A DNA stretch of 63,244 nucleotides, counting the filler, from Basidioascus undulatus (Eukaryota): NCBI GenBank assembly GCA_000826855.1. It is 18 parts of 18 records of this genome, joined end to end, with 100 filler letters (N's around TTAATTAATTAA, not from the genome) between each part and the next. Parts side by side here need not be neighbours in the genome. Positions count along the whole stretch, not along the records: positions 1 to 2,306 come from JTLS01002830.1; positions 2,407 to 4,710 come from JTLS01002831.1; positions 4,811 to 7,111 come from JTLS01002832.1; positions 7,212 to 9,509 come from JTLS01002833.1; positions 9,610 to 11,904 come from JTLS01002834.1; 13 more parts are not named here. The stretch is one strand, 5' to 3'. Under the pieces are notes generated by a model that saw nothing but the letters and a program-made list of their open reading frames with translations, was not told where the DNA came from and made no database searches. Numbering within the stretch: position 1 is the first letter of the stretch; each line of letters opens with the position of its first letter. Positions 1 to 9,717 of this stretch are shown here, piece by piece. Both the position numbers and the translations under genes were made by a program.

Positions 1-54
1 AATCATCCTCGTCTTGCCCCTCATCATCCTCCTCTCCCAACACCAGCCCCTCCG

Positions 55-1636
55 ATGCCCACCCCCTCCAGCGCCGCCGCGGCCGCGCTCCTCCTCGGCC
101 TGCCGCTCGTCGCGCGCGCCCAGACGGGCTTCAACAACCCCACGTCCGGCGGCGGGTCCTGGCTCACCTCCGTGCCCAACACCTTCCCCGAGGGGCTCGG
201 CGAGCCTCTCAACACCGTCCTCTCCAGCGAGAGCGACAGTCTGGTGCTCGATGACTCGCAGGATGGGGGGTTCTTGACTTATATGCTGTGAGTGCTGGGG
301 CGGTGCTTGGTCGCGGTCCGGCGGAGGCGGGTCGGTTGTGGAGATGGGGAGATGGGGAGATGGGGAGGCAAGGGGAAGGTGGACTGATGGGAGCTTGACA
401 CGTGGTGTGCAGGAGCTTGAACTTTGGCGGCGAATGCTTGGGGTTCCACCAGGGCAACAACCAGTCGGCCAACCTGGGCGACGGGCAGGGAGAGAGTGAG
501 TCCCTTCATCCCTTCACCTTCGCCTTCCCTGCTCCATCCCATTCCTCCTGACGACGAGTGCCTGACTGGCGCGCCGCCGGAACGCAGGGCAGGAGGCTAC
601 CGTGCTACGCTACAACTTCGGGGACCAAAATTTCGGGACGTGTAGAGAGTCCAACGACGGCGGCGTGCGTCTGTTCCACCCTCCCCCCTCCACCCTCCAT
701 CCTTCTTCCAGCCCTCCCTCTGACGCGTTGGGCTTGGGCTATGCGATGCGAAGAACCACCTTCGGTACTGGAAGCAGGATGGGACGAACGCGATCTTCAT
801 GGCTGTGAGCGTGGAGATGTCTGCGGACCGTGCGTCTCTACTCTCTGCTTTTCCTATGGGTTGTCGGCGCTGACGAAGGCATGCTGGGGTTCAGAGCAAC
901 ACGACATCGTCGTGGACGGGTGCGCTCCTTTTACTCTCCGTACCCCCGCGCAGATCAAACTGACCGAAATCTTCGCCGCAAACCAGCTACAACCTCGGCC
1001 GGTCTGTCCCCCCCTTTCCCATCCCTCCCCGCCTATCCGCTGAGCCCCTGTGGCTGCAACAGCAACTACCTTGTCGGCAACGCGACCAAGAACGCCGTCT
1101 CGTCCCCCTCGGACAGCACGACGGGGTCGGGCACGACGACGGTGACGATCCCCGGCTCGAGGTCGGACCAGACGTGGAGCTACCAGACTGAGCTGCGGTG
1201 TACGCCGTTCTTCCCCTTGCGCCATTCCCCCACTCTCCGCCTTCCTTCTTCCCTTTCGCTTCCTCCTACTCCCAATTACCCATCCACTCCCTTCCTGTGC
1301 CGTTTGCGGCTCGGCTGAAACTGAGGGGTGGGAAAACAGTTGAGAAGAACCTCCTCAACGCCTCGAGCGACGGCGTCAACCACGCGAGCACGGTCGGGAC
1401 GGACGGGAACCCGCCCGTCGACGGGCTCGTCGCGGTCCTTACTGTGAAGATCACGGAGAAGCCGGAAGGGTGCGTTGGATGCCTTTTTACCTGTTTCGCG
1501 AGAGCGAATGCTGATGGGCGCGTGGGGTGGGACGAGCAGGAAAAGCACCAGCGGCGCTCGGCCTTCGCTCGGCGTCTCCGCCGCGTCGCTGACCCTCGCG
1601 GGACTGGTTGCTTTGGCGCTGGGGCTTGCATTCTAA
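55..1636 (+). CDS. Secreted, probably GPI-anchored uncharacterised basidiomycete protein (multi-exon)
   Basis: Signal peptide MPTPSSAAAAALLLGLPLVARA, then GGGSWLT..GLGEPLN..GECLG..ANLGDGQG..NHLRYWKQ across GT-AG introns. Last exon reads KSTSGARPSLGVSAASLTLAGLVALALGLAF-stop (GPI-signal-like), TAA at 1634-1636. Confidence 0.7.
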
Positions 1637-2306
1637 GGTGAGCTGGACCTTGATCGGAGGACGTTGGACGTCTGAGTGATACCTTGCGCTGGGTTCATTT
1701 ACATTAGATACGCCCGCCCGCTTCTATACCATCTTTGCTTGCGTATACCACACGCACACCTACCCACACACTCGCCAGCCCCACGGGCGCTTGGCTGGCG
1801 CGGCCTAATTGCATAATGTCATGTTTTCTTGCTAGCAGTTATAGACTACGAGCGAGGCGTTGGCGGTTGTGGGTCGCTTTGTGGAGACAAGTGGAGACCT
1901 GCTGTTCTGCAAAGTTGCCCCGGCGGACGTTGGCAGTTTCCCGTTGCAATGCGCATTCTGGTAAGCGGCCCATCATGCAGGCGAAGTATCATGAGGACGG
2001 CTGTATTGAAATAGTGTTGAGGCGACTTCGCGTCTGATTTCTTCTCATCCTGACGCCTGGCGGCAAGTCTCCACCTCACCCTTTCGAGCTTCGCAGTGCA
2101 CATGTGACACGCTTTGGTGTGTCTAACCCCAACCGCTCGCCCCGCTCAGCAGCTCGTCTGCCATGTTATTGTGGGGCCGGCCGCCGAAGTAGACGTTCCG
2201 GCTACGGCAACTCCCCGCTACACCATCACCGAGCGGGGGCGGTTTCTCGATGCAGCCGGACCGGAGCGCAGCGCGCAGTGCAACGTTGCGTCGTGTTGTG
2301 ATAGTG

Positions 2307-2406
2307 NNNNNNNNNNNNNNNNNNNNNNNNNNNNNNNNNNNNNNNNNNNNTTAATTAATTAANNNNNNNNNNNNNNNNNNNNNNNNNNNNNNNNNNNNNN
2401 NNNNNN
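2307..2406. other. Artificial contig spacer (N44-TTAATTAATTAA-N44, stops in all six frames); first of 17
   Basis: Identical spacers at 2307-2406, 4711-4810, 7112-7211, 9510-9609, 11905-12004, 14296-14395, 16679-16778, 19059-19158, 21434-21533, 44343-44442, 46718-46817, 49082-49181, 51446-51545, 53810-53909, 56173-56272, 58534-58633 and 60892-60991. The short contigs decrease steadily in length, so sequences across spacers are not neighbours. Confidence 0.99.
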
Positions 2407-2817
2407 TGGTGGATGAGGGGGTTGGGAGGAGGGTCGAGGAACAGTTGTGCTGAAGGGTCGGACGGGGTACGGAGAGGGGCGTAGGGGGGATAGTGATTGG
2501 TATGCAGCGTGCGGTCGGGCGGAGCAGAGAGGATGCGGTAGTGGAAATGCTGCTGCAGGAGTGGAGAAGCGGCTCGACCGCCTATGTGAGAGAGGCTCTA
2601 ATGAGTTGAAGAAGGGTTGCCCCCCCGACGCAAAACTGGATCTGGTTACCTCCCAGCACAGAATCAGCATGCCCCCCGCTAAGGAAGACGCAGCAACGCA
2701 CCTCTGCCCTGCCGCCCCCGCCCACTGCCCCCCCAGGTATCTCCCACTCGCCGACGTCCCTATGCCCAGCTCGCGTATTCTTCTCAGCGCCAGCGCGGTT
2801 GAGCGCGCCTGCTGCAT
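2407..2817 (-). CDS. 5' part of a hypothetical protein, possibly with a mitochondrial presequence; divergent from BUD31
   Basis: MQQARSTALALRRIRELG... followed by R/S-rich ...VRPFSTTVPR running into the gap. Confidence 0.35.
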
Positions 2818-3085
2818 TGTCCGCCGTGCGCTGCTTGTGCGGTCGGAGCGGTGAGGATGAGGAGCGCGGATTTCGATGAGGTCAAGCAAGGGTGCAGTTC
2901 GTCTGTCCTACATTTCACCGGAAGCTAATCCACTATCGGCGATCGAGAGGCGTTGGCCCGAGGCATTTGCGGAGACCAGAATTCAGTTATCACCGAAAGC
3001 ACCGGTCGGCAGCCCTTGGAGGACGCGCTCGCCTTGCTCAAACCGCGACGACTTCGCGCTACACGCATCTTTCTACTCGCCCATC

Positions 3086-4125
3086 ATGCCCAAGATCCGC
3101 ACTAACCGCACGAAGGTGTGCTATCTCGCGGCCATGCGCTGCGCGCAGTGTCGCCGGAGCTGATCGTCTGTGGTGGGGTCACAGAGGCCGCCTGAGGGGT
3201 TCGAGGAGATTGAGGGGATCCTCGAGGACTACGCGCGGTGCGTCGCCCTCTGTCTTTCCACACCTAGCACATGGTCCACCAAGCGAGTGTACTGACGCCC
3301 TGCACAAACTCACAGCAAAATGCGCGACGCCGAGACCGAGTCGCACGAGGGCAAGCGCAAGACCGAGGCGCTCTGGCCGATCATGCGCATCTCGCACACC
3401 CGCTCGCGCTGTGCGTCCCTTGCGCGTTCCTCGTGCTCTGGCCGGAGGGCGGTTGCGCTGATGGTGGATGGGACGCGCGGGCGGCACAGATATCTACGAC
3501 CTGTACTACAAGCGTAAGCAGATCTCGAAGGAGCTGTACGACTGGCTGTTGAAGCAGGGGTACGCGGACGCCAAGTACGTTTTTCTCCTTGTCCCTCATG
3601 CGCTCCTTCTGCTTCTCATTGCTGTGTACTAAACGCCTAGTGGTCTCCGCAGCTTGATCGCGAAGTGGAAGAAGCAGGGGTACGAGAAGCTGTGTTGCGT
3701 GCGGTGCATCCAGAGCAGGGTGCGTCTCGACTCTTCTCCCTTTCCATTTCCGGTCACGGTTGACACTTGAGCTTTCGCACAACAGGACATGAATTACGCG
3801 GGGTCGACGTGCATCTGCCGCGTGCCGAAGGCGCACCTGAAGGAAGGGCAGATTGTGGAATGCGTGCACTGCGGTGAGTCTTCATGCCTCCTTTTGAGCA
3901 GTTGGTGGTACAGGGCGGTCGCGCGGATGGAGCTTGGAAAGCACGCAGGCTGCGACTGGCTGGGCGTCGTGCAGCCCTGGCACAGTCTTTTATTCTCATG
4001 TCGCCCCGCCGCTGTGGCCCCTCAGGTGTTCCGACCTCCCTCTCTTTCCCGTACCTTACACGCCCAGACACTGACATTCGTTTCCTGGATTCACAGGCTG
4101 CCGCGGCTGCAGTTCCGAGACCTGA
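3086..4125 (+). CDS. BUD31: Pre-mRNA splicing factor Bud31/G10 (complete, multi-exon)
   Basis: [137 protein letters not shown]. Confidence 0.97.
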
Positions 4126-4810
4126 GCCCTCTCCTTCTCCCTTCCCCCTCATGGACGTTCTTTCGCGCGTTTTCTTCTTGATCTGCAACATACACCCCTG
4201 TACTCTTATCGCTGTGCACAATCACACAATCACATGATGATCTGGAACATATCACGAACGGCGACCGCCCCCTGCTTTTCGAGGTTCGAAGACGAGTCAA
4301 AGGAATACCGAACAAGGCACATAAGTACGACGGGTAAGTTGGTGGACATTTGTGCATGCACTAGATTTCGAGGCAACCGTGACGTTGCACAACCGCCCGG
4401 TTCGCGATGTCTGTGTCACCGCAGCAAGTTTCCCGGCTGAAGGACCAGATTCCCTGAAAGCGCCTGTTTCTACACGGAAGTGAAGCAGCACTAACCCTTC
4501 ACTTAGGTCATCAGAACTACGCATGCACCGAACCACACATTCAAAAAAGAACCCAACGAAGCGTGTTCGCAACGATCCGCAACAGCACACAAACCGACTC
4601 GCACCGTCCTTCCGTCCAACCTGCCCCTCCCCCACACACCCCCCTAGTCCCAAAGCCCCCGTCCACCTACTGCTCAAATTTTCGTTTGAGCGCCCCTAAT
4701 CCAGTCATGGNNNNNNNNNNNNNNNNNNNNNNNNNNNNNNNNNNNNNNNNNNNNTTAATTAATTAANNNNNNNNNNNNNNNNNNNNNNNNNNNNNNNNNN
4801 NNNNNNNNNN

Positions 4811-7111
4811 GCATTGGACTACGCCTCTTCCTCTGTCTCTGAGTCCGAGAGCGCTGGAGAGTGGGAGGATGAGGATGCCGGCGGGGACGCAGACAACATG
4901 TTCGCGACTCGCAGGGGAGGCTTCGGCGTGGGCGGGTTGCTGGCACAGGTCAGTGAGCGTTCGTGACGGGTTAGGCTTGATTGCTCGTGGGCGGGATCTG
5001 ATCGTTTGGATGGGGAGGAGGACAGACGGGTGCGATGGCGGTCAAGGACGAACCGCCGGCGAAGGTTTTTCAGGCGCAACACGCTGTACGCCCATCCTTC
5101 ATCCTCCTTGTGTTCTCCGCGGCGCTGACACACCCCTCGCACCCAGACGGGCACCAACAGCGGCACGTCCTCCTCCCATCCGCTATGCAAAGACGCAGCG
5201 AAGCTCCTCCAAAGAGTTCGCTCACCCGTCCTCCCTCGAAATACCCCTCTAGCTCGACTGACACAGACTGCGTACCCCAGCTGCAGCTCAACGGACCCCC
5301 CGACGAGGACGCGGCGAAGAACGCCGGGCCAAAGGCGACTCCGCGCGATGCATGCGAGCAGCAGCCCAAGATCCTCCCCAGGACCATCTCGCAGACGCGC
5401 TCGCGCCCGGGGAAGAAGGAGCGGATGAAGGCGAAGAAGGTGCGTGCGGTGGAGCTTGTTGGAGTGGAGTGAGATGCAAGAGAAGGAAGCTGAATGATAT
5501 GGGAAGGGAGGGCAGGAGGCGCAGGCGCAGTTGGTTAGGGAGGAGGACGTGTTTTGGGAGGAGAAGAAGGGGGCGGTGAAGGTTCAGAAGGTGCGGTTGC
5601 TGGAAGCGCGTGGGGGTGCGGAGCGAAAGCTGACGCTCGGTGCGCAGGTGCAGGTGCAAGTTGCTGTGGAGGAGAAGGAGAACGTCGCTCCTACCGTAAC
5701 TGAAGAGGTGCTCGGGCGTTTGTTCCCTGATTTCATGCGGCTGGGCTGATCGACAGCCCTGCGTTCACAGTCCACGCCGGCGCCTCCCTCGTCCCAGCCG
5801 TCTTCCTCCGTCGTGCCCATCCCCAAGCCCACAATCCAGCCCACCACCTTCAGCCGCACCGCCCCCGCTCCATTCTCTATCACCGCTCCATCGCCGAAAC
5901 GCCTCACCGCTGTCCCCCTCTCATCCATCAACGCCCTGTCGCAGCGCCGCTCCGCGTCATACTCGCATTCCTCGAAATCCGCCACTCAGAAGCCCACCTC
6001 GTCCTCGTGTACTGCGGACCAGTCAACCCTCGGCGACTTCCCGCGCACGCTCCAATTCCTCCGCAGCGAACGCGCAGCCGTCGAGCAGCAGCTTGCGGAC
6101 CTCCAGCGACACGTCTTTGGCGAATATGGACCGCCGCGCGCGCCACCGTCGCCGCCCGCGCGCTCGCCAGCTAAAGACAAAGAGAAGGGCAAAGACAAAG
6201 ACAAGGACAAGCTCCCTTCCATCACGCTCACTTTCCGCCCCTCCTACACGCCCGGCCTCAAATCCAGCGTCTCCGCCTCCCCCTTACCGCGCACCAGCCT
6301 CCCGCCTCCCCTCCCAACGTATCTCCGCGCGCTGCAGTCGCTCGCGCGCAAGCTGCGCGCGGCGCACCCGGCCGAGGCGCGCACGCTCGACCGCTTCGTC
6401 GCCGACCCCGAGCGCGCCGTCCCCCCTTGCCGGCTGCGCGGCCAGGAGGACCTCGTAGGGCAGCGCACGGTCGAGGGCTTCTTTGAGGGCTGGGGGAGGG
6501 AGGAGAGGCGGAACACGGCGAAGGCGCTTGGGGAGAAAGGGGGGAGGGAGGGCAAGGGGGAGGAGCTCGTGCATGTTTTTATTGATCAGTGCGTTTCGGC
6601 TGTGCCTTCCTTTCTCCTTCCCGAACGCGACTGACAGTGCTCTTCTACCGCAGCTCCAACATTCTCGTCGGCCTCCTCTGGCACATCAAGAAAGAGTACC
6701 CGGACACCTCCGTTCGGTCGCTCAACCTCCGCTCCGTGCAGATCTCCTACCCGGCACTCTTTCTCCTCCTCGAGCGTGGCCGCGCCTGCGCGCGGAGATG
6801 CCTCGTCGGCTCCTCTCCGCTGCATCAAAGCCTCGACGAGGCCGTCCGCGCCGGGTACGAGGTGTCGATTCTCCAGCGCGTGCCCGTCCGCACCGCCCCG
6901 GCTATGAAGGTCTTCCCTTCGCGAGCGCCGGCGCGCCACCATGCGTCGACGACGGACGAGTACGACTCGGTCTCGGATTCGAGCGCGGAGGAGGACGAGG
7001 TGACGGACGACCCCGCCGCATACGCAGGGTCCGTCATCCGTCCGCGGCACCGCCAGCCCCGCAAGACTCCCGCCGCCCCCCGCCCCGCCCCCATGCGGGG
7101 CCGCCTGTACC
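4811..7111 (+). CDS. Partial gene encoding a fungal NYN/LabA-like PIN-domain protein with a long low-complexity N-terminus
   Basis: VHVFID/(H)SNILVG...LFLLLERGRACARRCLVGSSPLHQSLDEAVRAGYEVSILQRV. Upstream exons from 4811 appear to belong to the same gene; both ends are truncated. Confidence 0.7.
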
Positions 7112-7211
7112 NNNNNNNNNNNNNNNNNNNNNNNNNNNNNNNNNNNNNNNNNNNNTTAATTAATTAANNNNNNNNNNNNNNNNNNNNNNNNNNNNNNNNN
7201 NNNNNNNNNNN

Positions 7212-7897
7212 CTCAACCTTCTTCCACCCTCCTTTTCCCCTCCTGTGCCCATCCTCCTTCGCTCGTCCTCCTTCCGCCACCCCCTCCCTGTCCGGCCCCG
7301 AGCTCTTCGAAGCGCGCCGTGCCCTCTGGCGGACCCCGCGTCCCTCCGCCTCCTCCCGCTCTGCCTCACCCTCGACTTCGAGTTCAACAACAAAGCTGCG
7401 GGACCTCCTCTCCCCTGCCGGGTCGGAGGAGAGCGTGCGCGTGTGGAGGGCGGGGGTCGAGGGCGTGTGGAGGAGGCTGGTTAATGGGGAGCGTTTGGGG
7501 GGAAGGGGGTTGCCGCTGGATTTGGCTGTGCGTTCGCTCTGTCATCTTCCCATCTTCCCCCTTCCTTCTGAGGAACAGGGAAAGCTGAGATAGTTGGTTG
7601 GGTCGCGCGGTGGCACGACAGATCAAAGTCCTCAAAGCCGGCTGGCACAGAGACGGGACCTGGCCGGCCAACACCGTCGTCCCGCCCTCCCCGCCGCTCG
7701 CTTCCACCGCTGCATCCGCGCCAACTACAACGCCCCTCACCGCCACGCCCTCCATACCACGGCCATTATCTTCTTCAGCGGCCGCAGCGGCCGCAGCGGC
7801 GCTCGCACTCCCGATACCAGCGCGTGAACTCGACAAGATGGGGAGGAGTCTGCCGCCGGTGGTTGTGGGCGCGGGTGGGGCGGAGGGGCTGGATTGA
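7212..7897 (+). CDS. 3' part of a DUF4050 (Gag1-like clamp) protein
   Basis: GPELFEARRALW...VEGVWRRLVNGERLGGRGLPLDLA/IKVLKAGWHRDGTWP; stop at 7895-7897. Confidence 0.7.
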
Positions 7898-8051
7898 TAT
7901 GATTGAGATTTAGAGGATATTGTTATGAGAGGTTAGGTGCGGGCAGGCTGGCAGGTGCGCTGCGAGGGTGTGTGTTTGCGCAGTTCGGTTTTGGGTCGGG
8001 AATAGGGTAGTATACATTTAGAGAGCGAGAGAGAAGGGAGGGGTGGGGGGA

Positions 8052-8887
8052 CTAGGTTCTTGAGGGTGGGGAAATCTGCGTGCGGGGGAAAGGGGAATTG
8101 GTGAGGGAAGGGAGAAGGGAGTCAGTGACGGTCGGCATGCGAGGTGTGTCCCCAGCAGTCATCGAGAATTGTGTGTGCCATGCCTCGCGCAAAAGAGCCT
8201 TCTTGGCCCTACTGCAACCTGACGGGCTACGAACACGTCTGCAGGAAGACGCGAAACCTAGCATGGCCGGCCAGACGCGCTGTCCGCGCGACGCCCGTGC
8301 AACCTTCCCTTCCCTCCCCGCTGCCTTTCCACCCCACACGACAGAACACCGCTCCCAGCTCCCAGCTCCCAGCTCCCCCCTTGGCCCCTGCACCTCCAAC
8401 GCCCTCAGCAAGCCACCGCAGACTCACCAAAATAACGCCGTCCCCGCGCACGAACAGCATCTCCGTGTTCCTCTTGACGAGCTGATCGTCCCAGTCCCAT
8501 CACGCACACCCAACACAACCCGTACACGTCCTCCTCCGCATCAGTACAACAGCAAATAGAGGTGGAAAGGAAGATGGAGAAAGCGGAACGCACCCGAACC
8601 GTCTCCCCGCTTCGCTCGCCCTCCTCGGGCACATCAACAATCGTGATCGTCTCCTCCACTTCGCTCAGAATCAAGTTCATGTGCGAATCGTATGCCTGTC
8701 CCCCGCCATCCCCACCTCATTCAGCATTTTTGTTACCGAGAAAGCAGCGGGGGAAGGAAGGGAGGGGGAGAGGGAGAAGACGGACATGCAGCGTCCCCAC
8801 GAGCCGCCTGTCCCCGCGCAGCTTGACGAGCACCTGCTCGTTCAGGGAGAGACGGACGAGGTCCAAAGGCTCGGCGACTTCGGTCAT
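8052..8887 (-). CDS. LSM3: U6 snRNA-associated Sm-like protein Lsm3 (complete, 4 coding exons)
   Basis: [56 protein letters not shown]../[24 protein letters not shown] Sm2 motif/ISPPSRT-stop. Last intron is 8076-8427. Confidence 0.95.
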
Positions 8888-9149
8888 GGCTTGTCGAGCC
8901 GCTTACGGTTTGAGAGGGTGTAAGGCAAAGGAAACAAGGCGAGGGCGAGGGCGACGACGCGAAGGAGCGGCGGCAGGCGCGGATGGAGCACGGACGGACG
9001 GCGGACGGATGGCGGACGGACGAGACGCGCCGCCTTCGCGCAGGGTTGGCCACCTTGCCCCGCTGCCGTCGTCGTCGTCGCTCCGCTCGCTCTTTATTCT
9101 CCTCCTCTTCTCTCCAGCGCCAACCCGGTGCACACCCAAGTAGCGCAGG

Positions 9150-9509
9150 ATGACGAAATACTACTGCGACTACTGCGACGTCTTCCTCACGCACAACTCC
9201 GCGGCGGGTGCGTCTTCCCCCTTCCTCCTCCCCCTCTTCCCCTCCCCACTCACCCTCCCCCCTTGGTACTTCCCGCAGTCCGGAAAGCGCACAATGCAGG
9301 TCGGAACCATTTGACGAACGTGCGCGACTACTATGCGTGTCCGTCTCCTTCCTTACCTTACTTTCTCTGCTGCGAGAGGGTGCGCTGATGTGCGGGTGGT
9401 TGGGGGGATAGCGCTCGGCCATGATAAAGCGCAGAACATCATTGATGAGATTACGAGGATGTATGAGAGTGGTGGGGGCGGGCCGCCGAGGGGGATGGCA
9501 ATGGGCGGG
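9150..9509 (+). CDS. YHC1: U1 snRNP protein C, 5' part
   Basis: MTKYYCDYCDVFLTHNSAA/VRKAHNAGRNHLTNVRDYYA/LGHDKAQNIIDEITR: U1-type zinc finger. Confidence 0.95.
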
Positions 9510-9717
9510 NNNNNNNNNNNNNNNNNNNNNNNNNNNNNNNNNNNNNNNNNNNNTTAATTAATTAANNNNNNNNNNNNNNNNNNNNNNNNNNNNNNNNNNN
9601 NNNNNNNNNCCCTCCCATCCAACTGTCCTACATGTGCTCCCCCCTCCCTCTCTTTTCCCCTTCGCTCCTTTCCTCCCCTTGATCCCTACCTGCTCACCCT
9701 CTCCCTTCGTCTCGCAG

